Assembly: GCA_002633005.1 (NCBI GenBank)
Contig: NMRA01000555.1
Location: 33,774 to 97,773 of the forward strand
Source: Phoronis australis
Lineage: Eukaryota > Animalia > Phoronida
Direction of reading: 5' to 3'
Length of the DNA stretch: 64,000 bases
Each line of letters opens with the position of its first letter. Position 1 is the first letter of the stretch. The notes beneath the pieces were generated by a model. That model ran no database searches, was not told the origin of the DNA, and saw nothing but the letters and a program-made list of their open reading frames with translations. This document shows positions 25,464 to 39,046 of this stretch, piece after piece. The translations under genes were made by a program, and so were the position numbers.

Positions 25464-25748
25464 CGTCACAGATTTTTATATCACAGAGTCGGTATGACGG
25501 CATTTGTTGTTCTTCTATGTAGCACCAGGGACCGCGAGACTCACCGTCCGGATTTCGGCAATACCTGGAATTCTGGACACTCCTGTCCCAAGTGTCGTAC
25601 CCATCCTTTATGACTCGATTGTTGGTTATAATATGGTTCTGGACACTCCTACTGGACCACTGTCTGCATGTTTCTCCCGTAACTGTGTTTGAAGAGGTAC
25701 CCCGCATGTACTCTGGAAAGAATAGTTGAAATGTGCTCATCAAACCCC
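25464..25748 (-). CDS. Kringle-domain exon B; first Cys lost within a base-complemented 45-nt segment
   Basis: 285 nt, same splice sites, open frame; N-terminus GLMSTFQLFFPEYMR replaces PNYSCKVDKKGLMYA. Confidence 0.85.
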
Positions 25749-26190
25749 CTGTAAACCAAATCACACTGAACATGTACGATGTATAAATGGAAAGAATTTC
25801 AAAGGATCAACGTTTTTTTCAACAGGGACACATTTACGCTAAAAACTGTTAAATCCGTGATCACGTTAAGAGAACCGATATGTGATACCAGCTTTTCGTG
25901 TTCCTGCTGGAAATTTGTTTGTGAAAATAAACCGTTTTTCAATTGTCCAGCTGTTAATTATATGTTCAGTTGAAGTGAGCCACGTTCGCTTTTCCCTAAA
26001 AGTGGAGCTGTTTAACTCCGCTGTATCGGGAAAAACAAATTCTGTGACCTCCGAAATATCGACGTGAACCACCAATTTTTGGAATGCTTTTGCCTTAGGG
26101 TGTTTCAGGGACTTTTGTTTTTGAGTTGAGCTCAAAATGACAGCATGAGCGGTCATGGAGTAGCCACTTCGTTCAATAATGTTTACTTAC

Positions 26191-26475
26191 CGTCACAGAT
26201 TTTTATATCACAAATTCGGTATGTCGGCATTGGTTGTTCTTCTATGTAGCACCAGGGACCGCGAGAGTAATCGTCCGGATTCCGGCAATACCTGGAATTC
26301 TGGACTCTCCTGTCCCAAGTGTCGTACACATCCTTTATGACTCGATTGTTGGTGATAATATGGTTCTGGACATTCCTACTGGACCACTGTCTGCATGTAT
26401 CCCCCGAATTTGTCTTTGAAGAGGTACCGGCGTACATGAGACCTTTCGTATCAACTTTACACGAGTAGTTTGGCC
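26191..26475 (-). CDS. Kringle-domain exon C
   Basis: 285 nt, canonical splice sites, six Cys, YCRNPDDYSRGPWCY. Confidence 0.92.
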
Positions 26476-27034
26476 CTGTAAACCAAATCACACTGAACAT
26501 GCACAATTGTACACTGTAGGTATAGAAATAATTTCACAGGATCAACGTTTTTTTACAACAGGGACACATTTACGCTAAAAACTGTTAAATCCGTGATCAC
26601 GTTAAGAGAACAAATATGTGATACCAGCTTTTTGTGTTCCTGCCGAGCATTCGTTTGTGAAAATAATCCGTTTTTTAATTGTTCAGATGTTAATTATATA
26701 TGGAGTTTTAGTGAGCCAGGCTCGTTTTTTCCCTAAAGGTGCATCTCTTTAACTCGATGACACCGTAACGAAAAAACAAAGTCGGTGACCTCGCAAAAAA
26801 TAACGAGAATCACCAATTTTTGAGTAGACGTTAAAGGCAGAAAGCTGTCCTCAGAGTGCACGTTGTTTACAAACTGATGTCTTGTTTCTACAAAAGGTAG
26901 TGTACAAACACNCCACCAATTTTTGGAATGCTTTTGCCTTAGGGTGTTTCAGGGACTTTTGTTTTTGAGTTGAGCTCAAAATGACAGCGTGAGCGGTCAT
27001 GGAGTAGCCTTTTCGTTCAATAATGTTTACTTAC

Positions 27035-27319
27035 CGTCACAGATTTTTATATTACAAAATCGGTATGTCGGCATTGGTTGTTCTTCTATGTAGCACCAGG
27101 GACCGCGAGAGTCATCGTCCGGATTCCGGCAATACCTGGAATTCTGGACACTCCTGTCCCAAGTGTCGTACACATCCTTTATGACTCGTTTGAGGGTTAT
27201 AATATGGTTCTGGACATTCTTACTGGACCACTGTCTGCATGTATCCCCCGAAGTTGTATTTGAAGAGATACCGGCGTACATGAGACCTTTTGTATCAACT
27301 TTACACGCGTAGTTTGGCT
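27035..27319 (-). CDS. Kringle-domain exon D (paralog or allele of C)
   Basis: 285 nt, canonical splice sites, six Cys, YCRNPDDDSRGPWCY; lies just beyond the n at 26912. Confidence 0.9.
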
Positions 27320-27911
27320 CTGTAAACCAAATCACACTGAACATGCACAATTGTACACTGTAGGTATAGAAATAATTTCACAGGATCAACGTTTTTTTAC
27401 AACAGGGACCCATTTATGCTAAAATTGTTAAATCCGTGATCACGTTAAGAGAACCGATATGTGATACCAGCTTTTCGTGTTCCTGCCGAGCATTCGTTTG
27501 TGAAAATGATCCGTTTTTTAATTGTTCAGATGTTAATTATATATGGAGTTTTAGTGAGCCAGGCTCGCTTTTTCCCTAAAGGTGCATCTCTTTAACTCGA
27601 TGACACCGTAACGAAAAAACAAAGTCGGTGACCTCGCAAAAAATAACGAGAACNGAAAATAATCCGTTTTTTAATTGTTCAGATGTTAATTATATATGGA
27701 GTTTTAGTGAGCCAGGCTCGTTTTTTCCCTAAAGGTGCATCTCTTTAACTCGATGACACCGTAACGAAAAAACAAAGTCGGTGACCTCGCAAAAAATAAC
27801 GAGAATCACCAATTTTTGAGTAGACGTTAAAGGCAGAAAGCTGTCCTCAGAGTGCACGTTGTTTACAAACTGATGTCTTGTTTCTACAAAAGGTAGTGTA
27901 CAAACACTTAC

Positions 27912-27975
27912 TTTCTGCTGTCGCAAATGCGAAAGAGACTAGGCAGATTAGACGCACGGTCAAGAATGGTTCCAT
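27912..27975 (-). CDS. Signal-peptide exon of the kringle gene (MEPFLTVRLICLVSFAFATAE)
   Basis: ATG 27975-27973, hydrophobic core with an A-T-A cleavage-like motif, 64 nt ending in phase 1 at GTAAGT, compatible with the kringle exons. Confidence 0.85.
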
Positions 27976-30900
27976 AAGGTTTGTAGAGTCTTCAAAGTGG
28001 TATATCCCACCGTCGTAGTCCGAAGGTTGTCTTCCTCTAAAGAGGAAACAATTTAGTATAAACAAGTATGCCCAAGCATTTGTCATGGATTTAAAACCAT
28101 TTATTTTTCGTACGCAATTTTAATGTTTAATAATATACGTTGGAGCACAGAATTTCCAGATGAAACTTTAAGTACATGTAGGTTATCACATGTTCCCAGT
28201 CAATATCCCCCGTATTCTAGAGCCCGAGTGGATTTTGGAGAATTATCGCCCATACTGAAAGAGAAATATTGCAACGAATCGATCTACCTTTGTCGACGTT
28301 AAGAATTGTTTTATAATGACTCACTTCTGCAATAGGGGTCAATCAAAAAGAATTAAATACACAGAGATAGATGGTTGTTCTCCACGGCCAACTGCAATCA
28401 TCAGCTGAGCGCCATGCTTTCTCAAGACTTCGGCCCATTGAACTCAGGATCTCTCCACACGGTGGACCCGCAAAAGCTGGTCGATATAGCTGGTTTGCAG
28501 TTGGCCATCAAGTCTTAACTTCCACAGCCTTATTGATTTTTGTGAAAAAATGAGTTGCGTAAACGAGCACGAAATAATAACTTAGAATAATGTTACAGTG
28601 TTTTTGAAACTTCCTGCTAAACTTTTTTATCAAAACAAATCTGGCCATATTGTTGACGACATTATGCTCTTACAGTTCCTTTCTACTTTCAGAAAAGACA
28701 TTGTGCCGAGACCCAAACTATGCCAGGTTAATGTAAAGTCAAACGACACAATCACTTTATAAAGTTTTTCAAAATTCAGAAACTATGTACTTTACTGAGT
28801 TGAATCTGATTGATTTTTAGATATTTGGCTGACTGGTGCAAAGCCTTGGCAACAGAGTCTCATATATCGTCATTGCGCCGAGACTGTAGGGCAAACAAAG
28901 CATTACATGTGTCAGCTCGTGTACATGTACTGTACGTTCGCTGTTGTGGACAGCAAGTGAGGCACTGCGCAAAACAGTGAGTAAATAACATTTCTTATTG
29001 TTCCTTGTCGGATATCCAAATACTGAAGCACTCAGTATAAGTTGCAATTCATTCGTTCAAGTTTGAAGTAAGATTCAAGCAATGCATTTTGAGTTTAGGC
29101 TCAAGGTTATGCGTTGACATTCAAAATTCTAGCATAAGCCTAATGTCATCTTGTGGACTTCCAACCGCATTAAGTTCGAACTTTCATGGGTACCCCAAGC
29201 CGGAGTCGGATGCAACAATGCGGTCACACAAGGCAGTCTGCAACTACGTGCCTAACCCCCCCCCCCTTAGATGCAATCGGACTGCTCGGGTCTTGTAATT
29301 TTAGCAAAAACAGCGAGGGTAGAACCTGGTTCACAAATGCGTCACGCAAAAACCAACGATTTTGGGAAAAGCTAATGACTTTCCCCCTTGCTGAAATAAT
29401 GAGAGTCGCCATCACATGGAGACGAAGTTTATAAGAGTAAGATGTATTTCAGCGTTTCCTGTAGTCAAATTGGGATTTAGGTCAGAGAATTACTTGGTGA
29501 AGATCAAATTTAAAAATCAATAAATTGTACTCAATTGTGATTGTTTTTGATTTACAAAACTTTCATGTATTTGACGTTGTGCAGAGTCAATCGGTAAGTC
29601 AGTCAGTATAACCCGACTGACTCACCGTGGGGCTAGTTTCCAGTTTCTTATCTCCACTTATCGTAGATGGTGATGGATTTCGTTGTAAGAAGTAATAAAT
29701 CTGTGACACCACGAGAAACTGAAATCATTGAAACGGAATTTCACTTCAAAATGGCAGTGTGAAAAAAGTTCGCACGTAGGCTTACTGTTATTCGGCGATT
29801 TCCATGGGAGCATACAGCGTTCGTAGGGTTGTGTAGTCGACCCGATCGGAACCACGTTTAGACCAAACTACAATTTTCCTACGTCATGGTATGGCCCAAA
29901 ACCGATATCGACGGGTAATAATAACGAGTTTCCCATCCAGTCCTCTAAAACAGTAATGCCATGTAACCCACGACAACCCTCCAAACTCGGAGGGAAATGT
30001 CCTTTCAAAGTCTGCTATACGGGCAAGCGTGGCCTACGCTTTTAGCAAATTGCATGGCAACTGAGGGGTACAGGCCAATTACCAAGGACCATAATGTCCA
30101 ATGTGTGACATTGGGAGCTCGAGTTTTTAGATACTTTCTAGATTTACCACTCTTAACTAGGATTGATGCCAATGATGCATTAGCAATTGACGCAACGAGG
30201 ATTGGCAGATATCAGTCAAAACAGGTTTTCGTACTTTTTAAAGTAATGCGCAGGTTGACGGCTATTCATGGGCTTGTTACTGGTTCGCTCTGAAAACTGG
30301 GATGGGCGTATATTGGCCCGAGGACTTTTAAATGAAAGGTCGTGAGAGAACGCGCACTACCCGATGCCCTAGGCAGTGGTCCACAACATTGCTGTCGGTC
30401 TACATGCGCCTCTAATCTGAATTAGTTTTGGATATTATAATCATCCTGGTTGTGTACCCGGATGTACCATGGAACTCTAGTCCTAGAATGCCATCTTATT
30501 GGCTCGCAAGTTACATAAAACTTACACGATAACGGTGAGCAGCTTTTCCCTGTGGGCAGTGGAGTGAAATACAATTTTCTTTATATTAATCTGAGCAACA
30601 GGCTCCGATATGTTGGAAATAAATAGATAAATAATGCAAACTTCGATCTCACGCTAATGAGGTTGCACCGTTTGCATTCGTTTGTTGTTGACAAACAGCC
30701 AAAATTGCATATTATCATATACTACTACTGTAATATTCCACGAAACATAGCCATATTTTTCCGCTCAATTAAAGAGAAAAAACGGGCAGTTTCATCGGTT
30801 TTTGCGGCATCCCCAGTTTCCCGTTCAACTATAAAAAACAACAAAAATCGCTGTAGGTCATTTTTGGGTACTACATCTCCCGTTTGACAAAAACGCTGTC

Positions 30901-33059
30901 GGTACGTCCTTGTAAGTTGCAGCGAATATTTCACCCTAACGTTTTGGCCTAGAATAAATTATCCACAGCAAGTGTGTTGGATCCATACCCTGAAACTTTG
31001 TCTTTATGTGCAGAAATGTTTTGGGTCATTGAAATAATTTCCATAACGACTTAACTCGTCATTTTTATGACTTTTGTGGTTCATTTCCGTGTTTATGTTA
31101 CTATTACACACTGTTATTTTTCGCATTTTCGTGACATTCTTGATTTTTAGAATACAAAAACATTAGTAAATCAGTCGATTATGCGAAATGATAATAATGT
31201 ATTAATTAAATAATTTTTCATTTGCTTCTGGTATAATCATCTCGAACTGGCAAAGTGCTTCTAATGATATGGCAATTTCGTTGAGAAATGGCGGAGTTAC
31301 GAAAAGTTTTAATGACACTAAATTCCACATCTGAAACAAACGAATGTAAACAACTGTAACGCATCCGCGGCGCAACCTCAGCGGCCCCGAGATTCATGTA
31401 GAATTTGACATTTCAAAGCTGTAGCTCTATAATAAACAAACCAATTCCCATGTGAGTGGATGGTAGAGTAAGATATGTGAAAACAATCATATCCAGCAGG
31501 TTATCAAAGGCTTATGCCATTCGAAATGTATCCACTAGGATTCTCACAGACTATGTTCTTCATAAAAACTAGCTTTGGAGCACACTGTGAGATGTTCAGA
31601 TATCAGAAATAGTCCGATACTTTGAGTTTTAGATAAGACGACGATGGATTCATATTAAAACATCGCGAAATGGCCGAAACGTTTTGCTTTCGGGGTTTTT
31701 CTACTCTGTCACCGTTTCCACATTTGCACGGAACTGTGCCAAGCCAGCCGTTACGCTCAGACGACATAGTTGCTTTTTAACATCGGACACGTAACTTGAC
31801 GTCGATTTAAGAGAGGCGCACAAACAAGACAACGTCTATTTGGAGAACGAGTACTCCAGTACATAAACTGGACTAACAAAATCTACTCAGACAATAAATT
31901 GATATTAGCAGACAAAGTAGAGGACTGTGTCCGCTACCCTGTTGTTGTTTCGCACACACAAAGAGTGGCTTGTGCAAAAAGAACAGCGGTAGCCATCGAG
32001 TCACATCTGACGTTTTTAAAAGTTTTTTTCGTTCAAAAATCACATGAGTATCTCCTGATAAGGAAAAACAGCAGCAAAAATTTAAAGATGCGCAGCCATT
32101 TTGTCTCTGACTCAAGATTTTTCCTGAAAGCCAATTCGTTAACGATTTTCTCGTGTTTTTTGGTGAAAGTTCTGTTTTTCCGATGGCCGCAACAAGAGGT
32201 ATATGGTGGTTATGTACCGGCATCTGGAAAATTTTCAGACGGATTTGACTACCGTGGCATCCCCTGTTGGCAGTTTTAGTTTCCACAAAGCACATCAGTT
32301 ATTTGGATGACTATTTAACGACCTTTGCCAAAACTTCCTGCTGGAAGATTACTTGAATATTCTGTTTCCCCATTAACCACGATTTGCACGAATAGTTACA
32401 AAATGATAATTTTCATATTACTGAAGGTTCGTGAGATTTCTGGTTTTAATTGTGACAGCTTCTAGCGATGCAACTATTGCCGAAAATGATTACCACATAC
32501 ACGATCATTAATATTGTACACATGTTTGTATTTGATTAGCAGTCAAATGGATTATGCCGAATACATATACGAGTATGGTACGTTTTAGCCAGCCTGATAG
32601 CTGTATGAAGACTATCGTCAAAATAGAGCGAGGTACCACTGTGCGTTTTTCTTCCATAGCCCGCGGTAGTTCTGCTCGTCAACTAGCCATGAAACATGTA
32701 TCAGAATGTAGACCTAAAGACCGGACCGTGTGCGTGCAAAATCTTTGAAGCAAGCGACTCTCACCTTCTCCGTTACAGCCGTTTAAGTGGAAAATAATCT
32801 AATAAACGTCATTTTCTTGCGTAATCCTCCGCCTTTTTTAACAAATAAAAGTAATGACGTCGTTTTGAAAACAATACGCTCGTGACACGCGCATGCGCCA
32901 TTTCCTAAATTTTTGCGTCATCTCTTGAGAAAGATGATAGCTTGGTAGCAGCAAAATTTCTTATGAAATTCGGTTTCAAAATTCTAAAAACTTATTATGA
33001 AGTGAAACCAGTTCTGATGATTTGTTTTGACGAGTACGTATCCTCGTGAAAGAACAACA

Positions 33060-33328
33060 GTTTATTGAAGAATGAGTGCAAAGAAACTGGCCTATTGGTG
33101 ACGCAACATATCATGGCGCCGAAAGCCGACGTAGAAGATCGCTCCACAACTATAGCAGTAGAATAACGATAGAACGCCAATTTTTCCAAAACCAGAAAAT
33201 TATTTTATTTGCTCAATTAAGTGTGTAGTATTTTGATGGCACTAATTTTATGTCATATTTTATCTGTTCATTTCTTAACAAGATCGGCGCAATCTTTATA
33301 TTTCGAATACAGCTTTGTACCAAGGCTA
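33060..33328. mobile_element. One arm of the foldback MITE family also at 49221-49695
   Basis: gaaagccgacg.agaagatcg.tccacaact.tagcag.agaataacg.tagaacgcca...tacagct.tg..ccaaggcta shared. Confidence 0.8.
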
Positions 33329-36300
33329 GGTACGTTTAAAATAGGCTCTTGACTATTTTGGGATAACCAGCTTCACAGCGGAGATCAGCTACATCTACAC
33401 ACGTTTACAGAAGAGCAGAATGACACGCCACTCTGTATGACCAATGACGTCATCACACAACTGATTCATAAAACAACAGACCCAGCATGCAATTGAAGAA
33501 TAGATAAATGCAATATACTCCTGTTATTCTTTGTTTCATAACTTCTTTTAAGTTGGCGAGTTAGCGAGTGCACGATTGAGCGAGTGATTGACTAAAAATA
33601 AAACAAAAATCTTTAAAACAATAAAACAAACTACTACTTCTTACAAAACACTGTTGCAAAACATTATAACAAACGTAACACCATAGACTATAGTACATGG
33701 ACCGCCGACTCCGTATACTTTCAATGGACGAAGCCCTTACGTCATTATTCACTGGCGACACCTGCCTTCCGTTCAGTAACACTAGGACCTCGCTAAATAG
33801 CAAGACTTCGCGAGATTACGTGAGATATTGTCGTGCATTTTAGATGAGAACACGTGACTAGGTCCTAGCGCAGGTCCTAGCGTCTACTGAACGCACGCCT
33901 GGCTAAATTTTCTGGTGCAATTTCCGGCTAGTACGTCGTCTGCTAATCATGATCGGCTGCGAAATGCAAAGGAATTAGCCTTTATACCATACGAAGACCC
34001 CATAATCGGCTGTGGGAAGAAAAGCTTACCTCTTGCGTCAACGTGAATGGCAGTTGTTTCAGCAATAAGACTTTATACATTTGTTCAAGGCACTTCGAAG
34101 ATGAATGTTTTTGAGAGGCTCTGTTAGGCCTACTACTTAATCCTGTCTTCACAAATCCATTTTTGTTTTCTCCGTTTTGATGAAAACTATCTGGTGATTT
34201 TTTGACGAAAATTGTCCTCTAAATTTCTTCCAAAGGTCGTGACTCATGAACTCCTGTCCCTACAAGGAACTTCAGTCATAGTTTAGTGAGCGAAATAATC
34301 AAATTACTCTTCTCTGGCCCTGATCAGACGGTGGGTCTCAGCAGAATGCGCACATTTTGCCAGGATTTGGATCAGCAATTTCAACAAATTCACATTCGTG
34401 TACAAATAAATAGAACGCTGGTAAAACCTTTAAAGTAAATAAAGATTACATTAAAACTTCAGAAATAACCACCTGGACCAGTCAAAATCTATCTCGCAAT
34501 TCAACAACAGGTTACACACTCATTTCATGTCGATTATATGCCGCACAAAATCTCTCGACTGCAGTCTATGAAAACGCATTCAACTTTTTGAAAACATGGA
34601 ACACGAACACCAGAGGGGTGAGAAGGTTGTTTTTATTCTTCAATGTTAAATTTTTGTAAGCGGACAAATGGTTTTTAAATTTCCGCCTTAAGTCCTAACA
34701 TTTCCAAACTTAAGCCTTTCAAACGAACGTGCATGACGAAAACAAAACTCTTTAACCAGTTTTGTAAAGTCCTATGCCACATGTAGGGTACATAATGAGC
34801 CAATTCCACTCCTAAGGTAACAAAAGGGTCCCGCGCATAAAGGATGCTAAGATTTGCCCTTCTGAAATATTACCATCTTCGCCCTAATAAGCGGCCAGGG
34901 CGCGTAAAAAATCCGCTTCAGGAAGGGGGTCGCTTGTTATAGCCGAAAAGTGGTTGAAACCCGGTCTCCGCAACAGGTGAAATCGTAAGCTAGAATTCAT
35001 TAAATTTACGCTCTGTGACGCATCTGTAACCTATGACAGAGTTTCAACAAAACTTCAGTTACTGCAAGCAAATATGACAAGTCTGTCCAACTAGGGCCAT
35101 TGCTTTATGAGGGGGGTAATATTTTTCCATTATATGTCTCTGGTGTATATCGCATTAAAAAGTTTATTTTGTCACCGCCGATTTGTTTAAATTAAAATGA
35201 TGCACAAGTCCAGTCTTTTTCGCCATTTATATAACGAGGTTCCTCGTGTGAACAAAAGAAACGCAAATATCAGTCAAGCGCAAGTTATTTTTGGCCTTTC
35301 GAAATTGAAAATTGCAACATTCGTTACTGTCGTAGATAACACCATTTTAAGTAAAACAAGCTAAATTGAAACCAAAAATGGACTGCTGTTAATATTGTTT
35401 ATATTGTTTGTTAGTTATTGTATTGAATTAATATTTATTTCTGAGTTCTGCGAATTTCTTCGCTTAAAACAATGTGTATCTATTAAAAGTATCGTTGCCG
35501 CCCACATTGATATCTATAAATTGGCTTAATTACAAACGGGCCTCAAACTATGGGGTCTGATATCAAAACGTGAAAATTAATCAATATTAATCAATTGTTT
35601 CCATGACAGCTAGAAGGCCAAAGAAATGCAACATAGAAGGCACGGTGATATATTTTTAAGTCAATAAATTTTAATGTCGTTTTAACTGTGAATTTTGAAA
35701 AGTGTATGGTTAATAATGTAATGTACGATACGACTCGTTCAAAGAAAAGAATGACACCACAGCTAAATAAATCTTCTCAGGTGTACAAAGTACTAGACAA
35801 GTGCTAAGAGAAGAATTCATAACGTTTTACAGTGTTTGGAGTTTGTATTGTGCATAGAAATATCCCTGGTTGTAATGTCCGTTACTGTAATGTAGATCGG
35901 CCCATAAGAAAGCCAACTCTGTGCGACATCTTTACGCATGTGCATTTTACATCCGGCATACTAGCAGACGACGTTTTATGTTCAAAAGCACGTTCTTTTG
36001 ATGCGCTTTGATCATTGAATGGTACGTTCCATTTTTGCTTATTTTAGTCTAAAAGTTGTCATTGACGCAGTTGTTCACCGGTAATTAATTCAAAGCATTA
36101 AAAAATTAGACATTTGGCCACATTCCCTAAGATGTGTGTTGACCTAACACTAAGTGTGAAATAAGGGGAAAATTAAAAGGTAATGTGCGTTACATTTGGT
36201 AACGTACATTACACTAAAACACTGAAAATTTCTGCTTGAATCCAGAACATGTAAAACAAACCATTTGCGTTATTTTTGTTTGAGACATTGTATATCATGT

Positions 36301-36609
36301 TTGTTGTTTTTTATAAGGTAGATTTGAAGCTTTTGTGATTACAAAACGTCCGAAAACATCATAATTTGGTTTTTGCATGAATTTTTGCGAGTTATTCTTA
36401 TCAGTTTTACTGATAATATTTCATTATGAAGTTTTCAATGTTTTATGAGTTACATGTATGCTAACAACACAGTGGAAGGACTACGTTATTTTCTATTTTG
36501 TATTTATACAACCGGACAATCTTCTATAAAACATAGACAACGTAAATGACAAAATTGTAACGCGCATTACTTAAAAATGCAAATACTTATGCTGTATTTA
36601 GATAGTAGA

Positions 36610-39046
36610 ATGGCGTTGACCAAGGCGGAGATTAAAAAACGATACAGGGAGGAAAAGAAAAGAGAGATGGGGGAAAGATATTTAGAAAAAAAAGGCGGCG
36701 ACGGCTCCAGTACTACGTTCCCTCGTCACAGCTGACCGCCTCTGAACGAAAAAAACATAGCGGAAAATATAGGAAACGTGTGCGCCGCTACCGAGAGAAA
36801 AAGAAACAACAGTCAATGGCTGATGTTCCACATCAACCAGTGGGATTGAAAGCCAATCCAAAGGTTCAATGGTTGTCAAACTGAACTTCAATGGTGGTCA
36901 CAGAAACCAAGGTAAGAGGAAGAGAATCAGTCGGGCCCTGGACAAAGTGCATCGTGAAATCAGACAATTAGAAGAGAAGAAAAAACAACTGAAAACACAA
37001 GTGAAAACTTTACAAAACTAGAATCAAAGACTACAATCAAGAATCAATTCACCAAAATAACCAACGACCTCCGAAAGTAAAACTAAACGTGACATACAAG
37101 CCGCTGGTCTAACACCAAAAAGAGGGAATACAGTTAGCAGACAAATTCTGTTTGGCAACGCTCTTACAGGTATCTCTGAACTCAAAGAAGCAAGAAAAAC
37201 AGCAGGTTCATCAACAATTAAGAAGAAACATATGCTGACCCACATTGTTTCCGAGAAAATTCTGCAAAAATATTGCGGTTCGAAGAGGATGGGCTGTATT
37301 GCAGGCATTAACAGACATTCTTTAGGAAAGACGGTTAAAAAGTGGATGCCATTAAGAAGTGGATCTAGACGGCGCACCCAGCAAAACTGGAAAAAAGAAG
37401 TCTATGCTTTCTTTGAGAAGGATGACTACAGTCGGGCTCAGCCAGGCAAAGGAGACGTTATAACCGACAAAGGCGAACAAAAACAGAGGCTTGTTTTGAC
37501 AGACTACTTGGCAAACCATCACAAAAAGTTCACTGCGGAAAACCCGAGCGCCATTATTTCTTTAGCAACATTCTGCAGGATGCGCCCGAAGCATGTTCTC
37601 CTCACTAGTTTGATCTCAAGAAGCAGCTGTTTGTTTACTCGACACAAAACTATGACGCTCCTTTTGAAGACGTTGCAAAGAGAAGGCATCAGCGTTCCAC
37701 TTAATCCAGAATCATTTTTGACGACAAACAGACCATCAGAAGAACCACTGAATGACGCATTACATCACAGAGTTGCGTATAAGCAGTGGAAAAGAGTTGA
37801 AGTTACAGAAAGAGGGAAAGTGAAGAACGTGATGCGAATTGTAGACACAGAGTTGGAGAAGCAGGAATTCATCAATACGTTCCAGACTCAAATTTCAATG
37901 TTTGAAAAACGTGTACAATGTCACAAAGCAGTACAACGAAATAAGACAACTTAATGAAAACCTTCCAGAACACCACTTTATCTTACAAATGGACTTTGCA
38001 CAAAATTATACGTGCAAGACGAACGACGAACGGCGTACTGGAACAAGACAGGTGTGACAATTCACCCTATTGTGATGTACTACGAGATGGATTAATGCTG
38101 TGGTAAAACACTGAAGCACAGAAGCTTTGTAGTTGTCTCGGACGAGATGTCACGCTCGCCGTCTACTGTTCAAGCAATCCTAAATGCAATAGTTCCACGT
38201 GTAAATGAAGTCGATCCTGGCGTGCAAACGATTCATTATTGGACGGACGGACCCACTAGTCAGTACCGCAATAAACAAGTTTTCTTCACAGTGACAAATC
38301 AAACAGAGATATATGATATTGATGCCAAGTGGAATTTTTTTGAAGTAGGCCACGGCAAAGGTCCCTGTGATGGACTTGGTGGAACGACAAAGAGAATGGC
38401 TGACGACGCGGTAAGGAGCGAAAAGGCAATCATCCAAACCCTTCTGATTTTTACAAACTGGCTCTAAATTCCAGCATGAAGTGTGTGACATTCTTGTTTG
38501 TTTCTTCTGACGACTGTTATAGGGCAGACATTGTACTGAATGAAAGACGCGTTGTTCCTCTCAAGGGTACATTCAAGGTCCATTCAGTGGTTGGTCGTGG
38601 TTCTTCTTTGGTTGCCTTCAGTGATGTTAGCTATTGCTATGCGGTTTGTATTACCGGAATCGAAACTTGCACTGAGTGGAAACGCAACTAATGGAAAGCG
38701 CTTCAGGAGCGAGAGCCAAAAGTTACAGGGTGAAGTCTGTGAATTCGAAACGAAGCCTCGTTGATCGTGTTGCTTACAACGAGGGAAAATTTGTTGCTGC
38801 ACTAGTTGAAGGCAGTTGGTATTTAGATAAGATACTGCAACTTCATAGCGACGACATGGAAGCTGAAATAGAGTTCATGGAGCATAAAAACAGCTTTTGC
38901 AGTGGTCAAATCACAATGTAGTCATATGGGTTCCACAGTCCAGCATCATTACAAAAGTTAAATAACCAAGTCCAATAGGCAAGACTAAACGGATGTTTAA
39001 GCTGGACCTAGAGGACATAGACCAAATAGAACTTTTGGGAGTATAA
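36610..39046 (+). mobile_element. Sola2-like DDD transposase pseudogene
   Basis: MALTKAEIKKRYRE start; ATFCRMRPKHV; catalytic motifs QMDFAQNY, WTDGPTSQYRNK, FEVGHGKGPCDGLGGTTKR; several frameshifts and stops; GTAACG(C/T)(A/G)CATTAC-like motifs repeated in both flanks. Confidence 0.75.

Noticed and set aside
25702-25746. Ordinary micro-inversion as the explanation of the altered exon B start
   Set aside because: The reverse complement of the paralog would begin ccaaactactcg; the observed ccgcatgtactc matches only the unreversed complement.
27847-28086. 79-aa ORF as a stand-alone gene
   Set aside because: Only its middle (27912-27975) behaves as the signal exon; the rest is UTR and intron read-through.
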